This document shows, piece after piece, positions 12,176-24,873 of a DNA stretch of 64,000 nt (positions within the stretch are counted from its first letter, which is position 1; each line of letters starts with the position of its first letter). This stretch comes from Mobula hypostoma (taxonomy: Eukaryota). Position numbers and translations under genes: made by a program. The notes under the pieces were generated by a model. The model had not been told where the DNA came from and did no database searches. It was given only the letters and a program-made list of their open reading frames with translations. The stretch lies in NCBI RefSeq assembly GCF_963921235.1, contig NC_086108.1, forward strand, positions 31,994,001 through 32,058,000, read 5' to 3'.

Positions 12176-14919
12176 AAAACTGTTACATAGGTTCAAGGAA
12201 AGTATGCACTTAAGACCATAATACCATGATACAGGAGCAGAATTAGACAATTCAGCTCATTGTCTGCTCCACCATCTAATCATGGTTGATTTTTACAACC
12301 CCGTTGTCTCATTTTCTCCCTGTAACATTAAACCCTCTTACCAATCAAGAAACCATCAATCTCTTGCTTAAATACATCCAGTGACTTGGCCTTCACAGTC
12401 CCCTGTAGTAATGAATTTCACAGATTCACTACCCTCTGACTGAAGAAAGCATTCCTTATAGCAGTTCTCCAGGGAATTGCCTTTATTCTGAGGCTGTACT
12501 CTTGAATGGAGATATCATGTCCATGTCCACTCTACCCAGGACTTTCAGAATCCACTAGGTGGTACAGTATCAAGAAGGAAGTATCATATTAAGCACAAGA
12601 TTTATAGCTCATGAAATGAACTATAAGTTTCTGGAATTACATTCTTAGAAAATAACGTGCTGGATTTAGTAACTCCTGGCATCTCTTCCTATGGGTAGAA
12701 GTCTACAAAAAATGGTTCATTTTTCAATAACCTATTCATTATTTCCAACCAGTGCAGCAATATTATTAGTGACAGGGAACCACCCACACATTTCATATTG
12801 CAAATTGTTCTAGGACATGGACCATCTCTGAAACCAAATCATCTGGGCCTGCTTGGAATAATGTAGAAATATATAACATTAGATCTAATTTAATAGGTTC
12901 ATTGACATTTACTGAAATCAATATTCTACATAATGAGTTGAAATAGTTGTGTTTGAGAGCTGTAGTCAAGCAGCTGGATAGTGAAAGGTTTTCCCATTGG
13001 TTTCACAGCAGGATGGGTGAGACTTCAATCTCAGCAGTGGCAGATACTAAAACTTTTTGGCTTTGATCATCAGTTCTCAAATTGGTAAACAGATGTTTCG
13101 GTCCAACTTTAGAAAACCAAATGTCATGCTCCATCTTCTGCACTGTCTCAGTTTTGTTGGAATGGTTTCAAAGACTCCCCCGTTGAAATTAAGCAAGACT
13201 TTTAAAAAAAGCTTCAGTGGAATTAACAGCAACATTTGAACAATTCCCTTTACTGAATGGTGGCATTCTTCAAAAGACCTTTTTAAATTGCAGACAGTTT
13301 TCAATTAAATCAAGTATCATGTAAACTTCGATAACCCAAAACACCAAATTTGCATTGAGGATAACTCAGTTTTCTTGCACATACACTTTGTAAAATAAAA
13401 CTTCCAGCTAATGAATAAGTGACAACTGTGACAAGCTATGTTAAAAGTTACTGAAAGCATTTTTTTACGGCAAGTCAAGTGAGCTAGGGAAAGGATTTTA
13501 AGACATGCTACTCGCACGTAATCTTCTTTTGCCTTTCATTACTTTATGTAACAACAAGCATTACTCATTACCACATTTTTCATTAGTTAAAAGATGGAAA
13601 ACAGCACTAGTTGGTTTGCATGCCATGGCTTTGTCTTCTTAATTTAGTCAAGATGAGTCTGGCGCCTGTACAATAGTGGGCTGATTGAATGAAGGGAGAG
13701 CTTTCTGACTGAAAGAGCCAGGAAAAAGAGCCCTGCATTAAATGTATGATTTTACACTCCTCCCCTATCCCTTCCCCCTTCTGCAAGCTTGAATGGAATG
13801 CAAGGGGCCTCCTCCCACAGCAAGGCATCCGCAAGTTTTCCAAGCAAGGCTCTGAAAAGTAATTTGCTTGACATTTTATGCTATTCTGCTGCTCAAAAAA
13901 ATCCAACAATTGCCCGTTTTACAAACTAAGCAATTTTTGCTAGTCAATATATACCTATCAGCCCATTAATCTAGAATGTTTCTTGTAAATTTCAGGAGGT
14001 GAGCTTTAAGCTTCAGTTCACTTTTGAAAAAAATGTTTAACACACAAACTTAAGCACAACCCGACAATTTCTTTCGTGAGTTTTGGTGTCTAGAATACAT
14101 TTGGCCCAGACCATATGTTTCTCTGCTGGTACACTTTTAAGGTTCATTTCTTGCTCACTTTAAACTAAAAGGACACAGCATTATTAAATAATACCATCAT
14201 GCCAGTATGCCTCTGAGGGCTAAAAGTTAGAGAAAAAAATAGGCAAGCAGTAATCTATCAAACATTTTTAATTAACAATTTTTGTTGTCATTTTCACCTA
14301 TGAAGTAAATGTCTAAATCTTGTCATTTTGTAAGCTGTACTACAGAATCATTAAACTTTCCATTGAAAAAGGAGGCTGGTAAAAGTTGGGATCCAGAGGG
14401 ATATGAGTCCCTTCATCTAAATCACTAGTATAAATTGTGAATAACTGATGTACACACACTGATCTGCATTACGTGTAAAGAAATAAATGTCTTTTACTAG
14501 CATTGGACTGCTTCAAATATCAGTCCCTATAAAAATGTATGTTAACAGCGACACTGGAAGATGTCACTGTGAGGTTACAAACCTACCACAAACACCCCCT
14601 GGGTTCTTTCAGGCAGCAGAGGCAATATTACTCAATTGGTACAAGTGAGGCGAACAATGAAGTGCCTCCAGGGGGAGCTCCTACCTATGTGGAAAATGAA
14701 AATACAGTCCACTCCCAGAAACATCTGGATGTCAATCAAGATTCATTCCTTTTACATGTCTTTCAAGCAAATATTTTCTCTAACCAGTGTAATAACTGAT
14801 TGATGCATTCATAGCAATAAAATAAGGGAAAAAATATGTACACCTTCTTCACTGCCCACTTCATAGAAAAAGATATATTATGAGCTAATGCTCTTAACAA
14901 GTATTTGTATCAACACTAA

Positions 14920-16180
14920 TCATAGAGTCATAGAAAACTACAGCACAGAAACAGGTCCTTTGGCCCATCTAGTCCATGCTAAACCATTTAAACTGCCTAG
15001 TCCCATTAACCTGCACCCAGACCACAGCCATCCATACCGTTCCCATCCATGTATGTATCCAAAATTTTTTTAAGTGTTGAAATCAAAATTACATTCATCA
15101 CTTGCACTAGCAGCTCGATCCATACTCTCACCATCTTCTGAGTGAAGAAGTTTCCCCTCTTGTTCACCTTAAACATTTCTCCTTTCGCCCTTAACACATG
15201 ACCTCCAGCTGTAATCTCACCGAGCGTCAGAGGAAAAATCCTGCTTGCATTGCCCCTAATATACCCATCATAATTTTGTATACCTCTATCAAATCTCCCT
15301 TCAATCTTCTACATTCTAGGGAATAAAGTCTTCACCTATTCAATCTTTTCTTATAACTCAGGTCCTCCAGACCTGGCAACATCCTTGTAAATTTTCACTG
15401 TACTCTTTCAATTTTATTTACATCTTTCCTGTAGGCAGGCCACCAAAACTGCACACAATACTCTCAAATTAGGCCTCACCAGCATCTTATACAACTTCAA
15501 CATAACATCCCAACTCCTGCACTTAGAACTTTGATCTATGAAGGCCAATGTGCCACAACCTTTCGTTACAACCCTGTCTACCTGTGACACCATTTCCAAT
15601 AAATTATAAACCTGTACTCCCAGATCCCTTTATCCTACTACACTGCTAAGTGCCCTACCATTCACAGTGTAAAAACTACCCTGGTTGGTCCTCCCAAAGT
15701 GCAACCCCTCTCTCTTGTCTGCATTAAATTCCATCTGCCATTTTTCCAGCTGATCCAGATCTTGCTGAAAGCTTTGATAGTCTTCCTCACTGTCCACTGC
15801 ACCCCCAATCTTGGCATCATCTGTAAATTTCCTGATCCAGTTAAACAATTATCATTCAGATCATTGATATAGATGACAAACATTAGCAGACTCAACATTG
15901 ATCCCTATGGCATTCCACCAGTCACAAGTCAGAGAAGCAACCATGTACTACCATCTCTGGTTTCTACCGCAAAGCCAATATCTAATCCAATTTACTATGT
16001 CATCTTGAAAGCCAAGCAAATGAACCTTCTTGACCAACCTCTCATGAAGGGACCTTGTCAAATGCCTTGCTAAAGTTCATGTAGACAAAATCCACTACCT
16101 TGCTTTCATCAACTTTCCTGTTAACTTCCTCGAAAAATTCTATAAGATTGGTTAGACATGATGTACCACACACAAAGCCT
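14920..16180 (-). mobile_element. CR1-clade (HER1-like) LINE 3' fragment
   Basis: SCLTNLIEFFEEV, FSKAFDKVP, IYINDL, KFTDDAKIGG, LEKWQMEFNADK, MLKLYKMLVRP across several frames. Confidence 0.9.
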
Positions 16181-16330
16181 ACTCTTGGGCAATTAACACA
16201 TTTTAGTGACCTTGATAGGTTATACATCCTGATAGAGCCAAACCTCAGTGATGTAACAACTAAACCCGATTTTATTAATCTAAAATTGTTTGATTAGTGT
16301 CTTTTCAACATTGTAATAAATATTTTATAT

Positions 16331-16373
16331 CTGTACCACTAAAAATATGCATTGAATATTTTTAGTGGTACAG
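16331..16373. repeat. Perfect 18-bp inverted repeat with a 7-nt spacer
   Basis: ctgtaccactaaaaatat-gcattga-atatttttagtggtacag. Confidence 0.95.
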
Positions 16374-19300
16374 TGGTATTCGAAGCCTTTTTTTACACTG
16401 TTTCTTGAACGCATATAAATATGGATGAAATGGAAAGTCACTTTCTGATTTCTCTCTGAATCACAGTCAGAGTGTTACAGCACAGAAACAGGCCCTCCAG
16501 ACCAAGATGCCCTTTTAAGCTAGACCCATTTGCCCCAGATCCCTCTAAACCTTTCCTATCCATGTATCCTTTAAATGTTACTACTGTACCTGCCTCAACC
16601 ACTTCCGCTGGAAGCTCTAAACTACACTTTGGATGAAAAAGTTGCTTCTCAGGTTTCTAGTAAATCTCTTGCCATTCATTTTATGCCAATGCCCTCTAGT
16701 TCCTGATTTCCTTCATCAGGACTTTACACACAATTATGACATCACCCCCATTCTTCAAAGCTCCAATGAGTAAAGTCCCAACTTGCTCAACCTATCTCCT
16801 TAACTTAGTCCCTCGTGTCCCCCAGCCCAATGGCATTTTTCCTATCTTTTGCTTTCTCTACTTTACATCTGTAAAGAAATGACAGTTTACTTTTTAGTAA
16901 CATTTTAATAATGTGGCTCAATATTGAAACTGGACATCCAGGGTTTTGCGAGTGCCTTAACCCTTGAACAAGTAAACAATCTCAAGATGGACAATACCGA
17001 TAAAAATCACTTATCTTCTCAGTCCCAACTGAATCTATAGTCTGCCAATAATAGCTGTTATCTATTCTTTAAATTCTTCTTGGATTTTACCTCTACTCTC
17101 AACTCAGTACATTTAATACAATGCCCTCAGCCAAGGAAGTGCCTCCCTACACATCTTCATCCATCTCTCCCACTTTGAGACATACTTTAATCAATGTTTT
17201 GGCCATCTGTTTTAAAATCTTGTCATAAAAGAACATACAACATTCTGCTTTTTGAGGTTCTTTCACTATTCAGTAAGATCATAGTGATGATGATCTAGCT
17301 CAGACTCACTATAAATCCCTGATTACTGATTTCTCACCATCCAAAAATTCATTGATTTCTATCTTGAAAATAATCCCTAGTCTAAATCTTCCAATTATCT
17401 TTGGAAAATATCAGGAACATTAGTTTATTAAAAACTTCAGTGTGTAAGATCATACATTTTGAGGTTAATTATTGACCAACTCAATGTGTGGTTTGACAAA
17501 GCTGTTCCAGTTTAAGCAAGCTTTTCTTAAATTTATGCCCAAATGGCTCAATATTCTATTTGCTTTGTTAACTACTGCTCTGCAATGATTTTGAGCATAT
17601 GGTGTGCAATGGCAGATTAAATTTCATTTGGACAACCGTCAAATAGTTGACATTCATTTGAAATGTCAATACCAGCCTTCTCTTTAGTCTCTCATCCTGT
17701 AATTCTAATTTTGCTTCCTGAGGTTCAAGCTTCACTTCTGGTTTAGAGTCATTATCTAAAGCTATATATGAATAATGATGCCATTCAAACCACTTTATCA
17801 CCTCCATCCACCAGATAATTAGTCATTCTGATCAAAGCATTCACACATTCTGGAATAACTCTCAGGGTTTTACCTCTACCACACTTAAAATCAGATTTAC
17901 TTAATTCCCTTGTACAATGGAGAAAAGTGAGCCATGCTATGTTTTCCTACATCAGTGAACTGCGTTATCTTAATTAATCTAAATAACTTCTAACTAGCAC
18001 CTTGCAGTGTGGCTTCTGAATGTCATGGAATATGTTTATGAATCTATCTTTTAATTAGTATTGTCCTTATGTATGTGCTTGAGTGGTGGGTTAATGTCAG
18101 ATTACTCTTGAAAAATGCAGGAGATTGGAATTAGGAGCCGCAATGTAAAGGGCAGGTTTGGCCACAGAGTGGCAAGAAGCCTGCCACAAAATAATCATCA
18201 CTGTATGCAGATTAGCTTTATCAGCACACAGAGAAGTAAACAGATATACCTTATGAAGTAAACAGATTTCAAGAATCTATTTCAAGAGTTCGAGCTATTT
18301 CAAGAAATCTGTCCTGCTGTATTAGATCTTTTACCATTCATCCAGAGTTAATATTCTAGCTATGTCCTGTGTCTTTGAGCTGAATAATCAATTCTCCAAA
18401 GTGTGTGTTTTCCTTCCTTTCTCAAAGTCTGCCTGCATGCTTCATAAACTTTACAAATATCACCTTCTATACAATCGACACATTTGAGAGGACAAAGTGC
18501 TGCAAGATAACATTCTAGTAAGTGACACTGTGAGTGGACAGGACATTCTTTTTGCAACTCTGGTGTTTAGCTTGGAGTTTAAATGCTCATTTACAGCGAG
18601 TAATGTTATCATTTTTTGAAACTCTATTATAAGATTTAATAATAATGAAAAGATGGGCCACCATTTCCTGGCCCTAGAACTCTAGACTTGATAAATATGC
18701 AGCAACTCTTAATTTCTCTCTTCCCTTTTTACTTTGCAATCCTCATGCTATATCAATACATGTATCTATAGTTCAAGCCCAAATTCAAATTCCCAATATT
18801 TTTATTGTCTCTTATTACCGCAATTGATTTCACTTTAATATGGACACAAAAAACAGTATGTCTTTTGTTCAGTTCTCTATGAATTCCTAAGTTAGGTTCC
18901 GCACCAGTGTACTGCACAATTCCAAATAAATGTCATCAATTGCTACTAATTTAAGTCTAGAGTAAACACCAGATCAAAATCAGTGGCATGATTTGAACCT
19001 GTAATTGGATTCTTGTCATGTGCTGAAATGACTTACACAATATCCAACTAGTCTAGGCATGCAGGAACTGTATTCACAACCTTTTAGAATATTTTTATCA
19101 TTTGACCTGTCAACCTTATTAAGAAACAGAAATCAACTGGAAAGACACAGCAAAAGATGAACATCTTTATTCAACCGTGATTTGAAAAAGCAACTAATAA
19201 AATCCAATTTAATTAATTCAATTAGCATGCAGTAATATTGAGAATTACCACGTTTTCAAATAAATGGATCACCTTCCTTTGAAAAATATCTTCTCAGTGA

Positions 19301-19719
19301 ACACCCTAAAACCTAAGCCGAGCCTTTGTAAAGTTTGATTCCAAGGTGTTTAACAAGTTTATCCCTGTCTTGTTTAACCTTTTCTTCACAAACTGGACAT
19401 GAACATGATGCTGGGTGTGAAGAGTCTATTGCTCACAGAGAGTTACTTATTGTTTACAACCTTTAAAGAACCATTTCCAAACCTAGTTCCATGTGCCTTA
19501 TTTAACCACTTTTCACCTGGGGCTATTTTGTTAAAACTTAACAGAAACATTTGCTCTAAAATCCAAATTCACTCAGTGGAAAAAATGGTCAAAATAAAAT
19601 AAACACAGCAATCAATCCCATTCTTCTTTTCAAATTTGTCTCCAGGTCTTGGCTTTTCTCTGATTACTGCATGAAAGCACGAGACTAATTAAATAGAATA
19701 AATATGCGAGAAATATTAG

Positions 19720-20590
19720 CAGGATCAGGCTACATAGCCCGAGTCTTGTACAACATTGTATAAGAATATGGTTAATAGGGTCATGACCTCAACTTCATGT
19801 TTCACCCTGTTACCCATAATACTCCCCACATATAAAACTCCATCCTGGACTTCAAACTGTACAGTATTGTAGTCTCCATCACTCTCTGGGTAGCAAATTC
19901 AATAAATTCCTGTTCCATTCAAATCTTTCTTTCAACTGAGCAATCCCTGATTCTGAAATTATGCTCCCTTTATTCAAGATTGCCTCTCTCAGCATCTAAC
20001 CTCTGATAAGAAACTTGTATGAACTAATAAGATCATCTCTCATTCTTCTGAACTCCGATAGCTAAAGAGCAGAACCACTAAACTGTTCTTTATAAGACAA
20101 TCACTCATTCTGTATTTCAACCTAGTGAATCTCCTCCGAACTGCTGCCAGTGTATGTACAACCCTCCTTAAATAAGAGACTGGAATTGCAAGTGTAGTCT
20201 AATTAAAGTTCCTCACAATTGGAGTAAGGCTTCTCTAATTTTAAGCTCTATCCAAATTGCAACTAAGGCCAACATTCTATTTGCAATCTGCAAATCCTTG
20301 AAATCTGCAGTACTTGTGTGTTCTCATTCCATGTTTCATATATGAGTACACCCAGTACCATGTGTACAACAGCATTCTGTAGTATTTTTCCATTTATATC
20401 AATATTCTGCTTTTCATTCTTCTTATCAAAAACAGACACCATAATACACATATCCTGCCACTTGTTAGACCTTCTGTTGCTTTCACGGTCTGCTTTCCAC
20501 CCTATTGTGATATTGTCAGCAAAGTAAGTTACATTACACACAGTCCCATCATCTCAGTTACTCATATGGATTTCGGGTATTTGAGGACCC
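19720..20590 (-). mobile_element. Old CR1-like LINE fragment
   Basis: ORF 20263..20541 with YFADNITIG, KWQ, LGVLI remnants; CR1-like 3' region. Confidence 0.6.
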
Positions 20591-21444
20591 AACATCCATC
20601 TTAGAAATGCTGATCCACTGAAAAATTCTAAGCATTGGGAGATCAAATTAAAATGCAGAACAGCAACCTAAACCACCCAGAAGATCAGGGAATTCACCGT
20701 GTGGCTCAGAGAATGATGAGATGGGAAAGATTCTGATGCACAAGACACAGACACTAGGAATAGGAAATATGGGAGCATCATGCTTTGAGGTCTTCACTTA
20801 AGTGAGGCTGGACCAATATCCTGGAGAACAATTTAAATAAGTAGAATTGTCAAGTGGGCTTTAAATTAGTAAGGGGTTGGGATTCAAATTAGATATTACA
20901 GATTGAAAGGTAAAAGGTGAGGCCACAGAGAAAATTTTCAGCCTGGGCAATGAACTGAAAGTGATACAAAAAAAGATGTTTTAACATCGATAGGTAGCGC
21001 ATTGACAGACAAATTAGAATGGGTGGGTGGGAGGATGAAGTACAAAGCTTGGAGGTGATAGGTGGAAGTGATGAGGGCTGACGACGAATAAGGAATCTGA
21101 TAGGAGAGAACAGTGAACCATGGGAGAAAGGAGGAGCAACATCAGACTGAGGTCATGAACAGATAAGAAGAGAAGGGGTGAGAGAGGAGCCAAAATGGGG
21201 AATGGAAAAAGGAGGGGGGGAGGAATTACCAGCAATTTGAGTAATTGATATTTCAAATAAAATCATTGGTTGAAATGATTTACAATAATAGCAATATTAT
21301 TGGTGACAGAATTAATGAAAAAGTAAGAAATATTTGCAGCAGGTGAATGTAAAAATCCTTGGGGGGGGACTTTAATCAACATAAACACTACACAAATCAA
21401 AGAGGTAAACTTAGTCCTGAGGATGCATTCATTATTTTTGTTTT

Positions 21445-21667
21445 AGTTAGAGATACAGTACAGTTACAGGCCCTTGTAGCCCAATTGTACCCAGCTGACC
21501 AATTAACCAACTAACCCATATGTCTTTGGAATGTGAGAAGTAACCAGAGCACTCGGAGGAAACCTATGCTGTCATGGGGAGAACGTACAAATATCTAACC
21601 AAGAGTGGCAGGAATTGAACCCAGTTCGCTGGCGCTGCGAAGCAATGTGCTAAGCACTACACTACCT
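21445..21667 (-). mobile_element. tRNA-derived SINE (HE1/V-SINE-like) inside an old CR1 endonuclease-region remnant
   Basis: Reverse strand shows A-box-like gtagtgtagtgcttagc, B box ggttcaattcc, V-domain-like ggtttcctccgagtgctctggttacttctcacattccaaagac, and a CR1-like tail agggcctgtaactgtactgtatctct. Confidence 0.8.
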
Positions 21668-22272
21668 TTGGGACTTTTTTGTTGAACAATACATAATGGA
21701 ACCAGTCATACTGTAATAAGCAGGGATAGTTAGTAGTTTTGTAAAGGATCTTTAGGGAAAGGGTAAGGAATCACAAGAAAAATCTATGTGTGGTTTGGGA
21801 GAGACATTTGGAAATTATAATTGCACTTAACGCCAATTTTACAGAGACTAGGGGTGTACTGGCCAAGGTAAATAGGGAAATTAGATTAAAAGCTTTGCCA
21901 GTTGATTAACAATGGCAAACACAAAGAAATAAATCAAAACTTGAAATAAATGCACATTAAGAAGTAACTCCATAAAAATGTGATTCATCCATGGCTGAAT
22001 ACGGTTTAGGAAAGCAATAGATTAAAAGACATACAATTTTAGTAAGGAAATAACACTGACAGAGGAGGATTATAACAGAATTTGACAGCTTTCACAACAA
22101 AGTAAAAAGATTAGATTAGATTAAACTTTATTGTCATTGTGCCGAGTACAGATACAAAGCCAATGAAATGCATTTAGCATCTGACCAGAAACAAAGAATA
22201 GCGTTATTTACAAAATAACTGGAATAAAATAAAAGGAGGTGAGTTCTATAAATAAATGTGGATCCTGTAGAG

Positions 22273-22322
22273 CAGGGATTGCCAACCTGGGGTCCATGAC
22301 ATAAAAAAATTGGGAACCCCTG
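22273..22322. mobile_element. 50-bp hAT MITE with a perfect 8-bp TSD
   Basis: ctgtagag (22265-22272) | cagggattgccaacc...ttgggaacccctg | ctgtagag (22323-22330). Confidence 0.85.
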
Positions 22323-23859
22323 CTGTAGAGGCCATAACAGGAAAGTATAATGGGAAATAAAGATATGGCTAAGGTATTAAGCAAAACTTTGTAGAGCTAG
22401 AGAGAACAACTAAGCTGGAGTATGGGCTAATGATAGCAAGGAATATAACTTATTTATTATTATTTTCACTGATAAAGAAGTGCAAAAGAAATTAAGGTTT
22501 CTAAATTTCTGCTCAATGGTATTTACCACAGGTCTCTAAGAGAGGCTGCAGCAGTGATGATTTTCTGAAGTTAGCCAATCCCAGTATAATTTCAACTTAA
22601 TCGAAGATAGTAAACATAATGTTTCCAATGGAGGTTGCATAGCAAATGGAATTTAATATCGAAAAAGTGTGAAGTTATTTTCTTCATTAGAGAGAATGAA
22701 AAAAATGTTTTTTTTTGTAAATCTGCACAACATGAACAAATGATTGAATAGACAAACATTGTGTTAATATGGTATAAAAAAATGAGCATGTTTCTGAGGG
22801 AGTGTTCGAGTGGTCTTTAGTTGTTAATTAGGTAGGGAGTTCTGGTGCAAGGAATTTATATATCCCAGCATTGCCTTCCTTGATACCTAACTTGCCCAAA
22901 TGGTGTTAATAGTTGTGCAAAGCCCACATTTTGTGTTTGGCAAGATTTTTGACCACAATCATGACCAGTAATATTCCCTGACAGAAGGTCCAAACAAAAA
23001 TTATTTGAAGGATGAGATATATAGTTACAGGCAGAGAGCAAAATGATTTGCTGCAGAATAAATCTCAGGCAAACCAACTCAAATTGGCGTAAGTGATTTC
23101 AGCAGGTTCTCCTCAATTTGCAAAATTATTAAGTACTTCCATGTTCTTCAGACCAGAAACAATAAAAAAAAATGGAGAAAGATATCTTTCAAAAGAGCTG
23201 GCACTCATCGATGTTGCAGAGAGTCATCTGCAAGTGCACAAGTATTTTCTAGAATACTTGCACTTTTGGAAACCTTGAAATGCAGCCAGCTGCCCCTTGC
23301 AGGTGAGGTTTCTCGAAATAAGAATGGACAACAAGGGAATTAGAGGACATAGAAATCCTCAGCTAATAATTGGATAAATTACATTAATGCTCATTATGTT
23401 GATTTACCAGCTGTAGATGTGCACTTTTGTCCCCTGCCCTTTTCCAAGTCCTGATGCAGGTGATTCCACCAAAGAAGTACAAATCTTTGATTACACTTTT
23501 TAGACATTGCAAATGTTAGGCATGGGTAAAACCAACATCTGTTCATACTCTATGTTTTGCCTGAGGCAAACTCACAGAAGTGTGCGCAAGAATTTTGGAT
23601 AATGCATGAAGTACACCATGTTACAATATTAGTAATCTGAAAGCACCAATACAGAGAAATACAGAAAACACAACTTACAGAACAAAGCTAATTACGGAAC
23701 ACAACTGTTTAGCTTATTCACCTCATTTACACATAGCAAAGCTCCACTGAATAAGTCTGATATTTGATTCTGTAGTTTTTGTGAAGAGGAAAGCAAATAT
23801 GAGTTAATAATTTGGCTTGAGTTAAGTCTCTGAAATAAATCTGAAGCTACTGACTTGGT

Positions 23860-24873
23860 TTAGTTTACCAAGAATTTGGGGACCAACAACTGCTTCAAAA
23901 TTTATATTGGAACCAAACAACAGTGGTAAAAATTGATGATAATATAAGCAGTTGGACTAAAATTCAAAGGGGAGTTAGACAGGGATATGTTGCCTCACCA
24001 GAATTGTTTAATATCTACAGTGAAATGATTCTCAGAGAAATAGAAGACATAGATGGGATAAGAATTGGAGGTGTTAACATCAACAATAAGATATGCAGAC
24101 GATACCACCCTAATAGCAAGTGCTGCAGAAGACCTACAAATCCTCCTAGACAAAGTAGTACAAACAAGTGCAGATTTTGGTCTAACCATCAACAGTAAAA
24201 AAAACCAAATGTATGGTAATATCAAAACAGCAGCACACTCCCAACTGCCAATTGTACATCGGTAACCAAGAGATTGAACAAAAGACCAGCTTTAATTACC
24301 TTGGTAGCTTTATATCACAAGATGCTGGAAGTAAAGTAGAAATAAAAAGAAGAATTGCCATTGCCAAAACCAACTTCCAAAAAATGAAACCCATTTTTAC
24401 CAACAGACACATTTCTATGCAACAAGGCTTAAGCTACTAAAATGTTACATCTAGTCAATCTTGCTGTATGCTTCTGAAACATGGATTATAACACCAGAAC
24501 TCCAAAGAAACTTAGAAGCAACAGAAATGTTGTTTCTAAGAAGAATGCTGAAAATATCATATAGAGATAGGGTAACTAATGAGACAGTACTCCAATGTGC
24601 CCATACAAAAAGATCTTTAATGAGAACATTAAATGAGAGGAACCTTAAATTCCTGGGCCATATCATCAGAAAGGGAGAAATAGAATGCCTTACATTACAA
24701 GGCCATATGCCTGGGAAATGCGAAAGAGGAAGGCAAAGGAGAAAATATACGGACACTGTGAAAGAACTAACAGATCTAAGTGTGCGAGATATCATTGACG
24801 CTGCATGGGATCGTTCAATGTGGAAAGCCATGACCGCCCAAGTGTGTAACGCGTAAGGCACATGAAGAAGAAG
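23860..24873 (+). mobile_element. 5'-truncated RTE-clade LINE
   Basis: RGVRQGYVASPELFNIYSE, IRYADDTTLIA, FNYLGS, YASETW, GKCERGRQRRKY; (gaa)n tail; 11-bp TSD actgacttggt at 23849-23859 and 24874-24884. Confidence 0.92.

Noticed and set aside
18232..18310. Short local duplications (gaagtaaacagat x2, atttcaaga x3)
   Set aside because: Consistent with replication slippage or repair; no larger structure.
21600..21667. tRNA-like A/B boxes (also ~37470-37540)
   Set aside because: These are SINE heads followed by V-domain-like and LINE-tail sequence; no complete cloverleaf.
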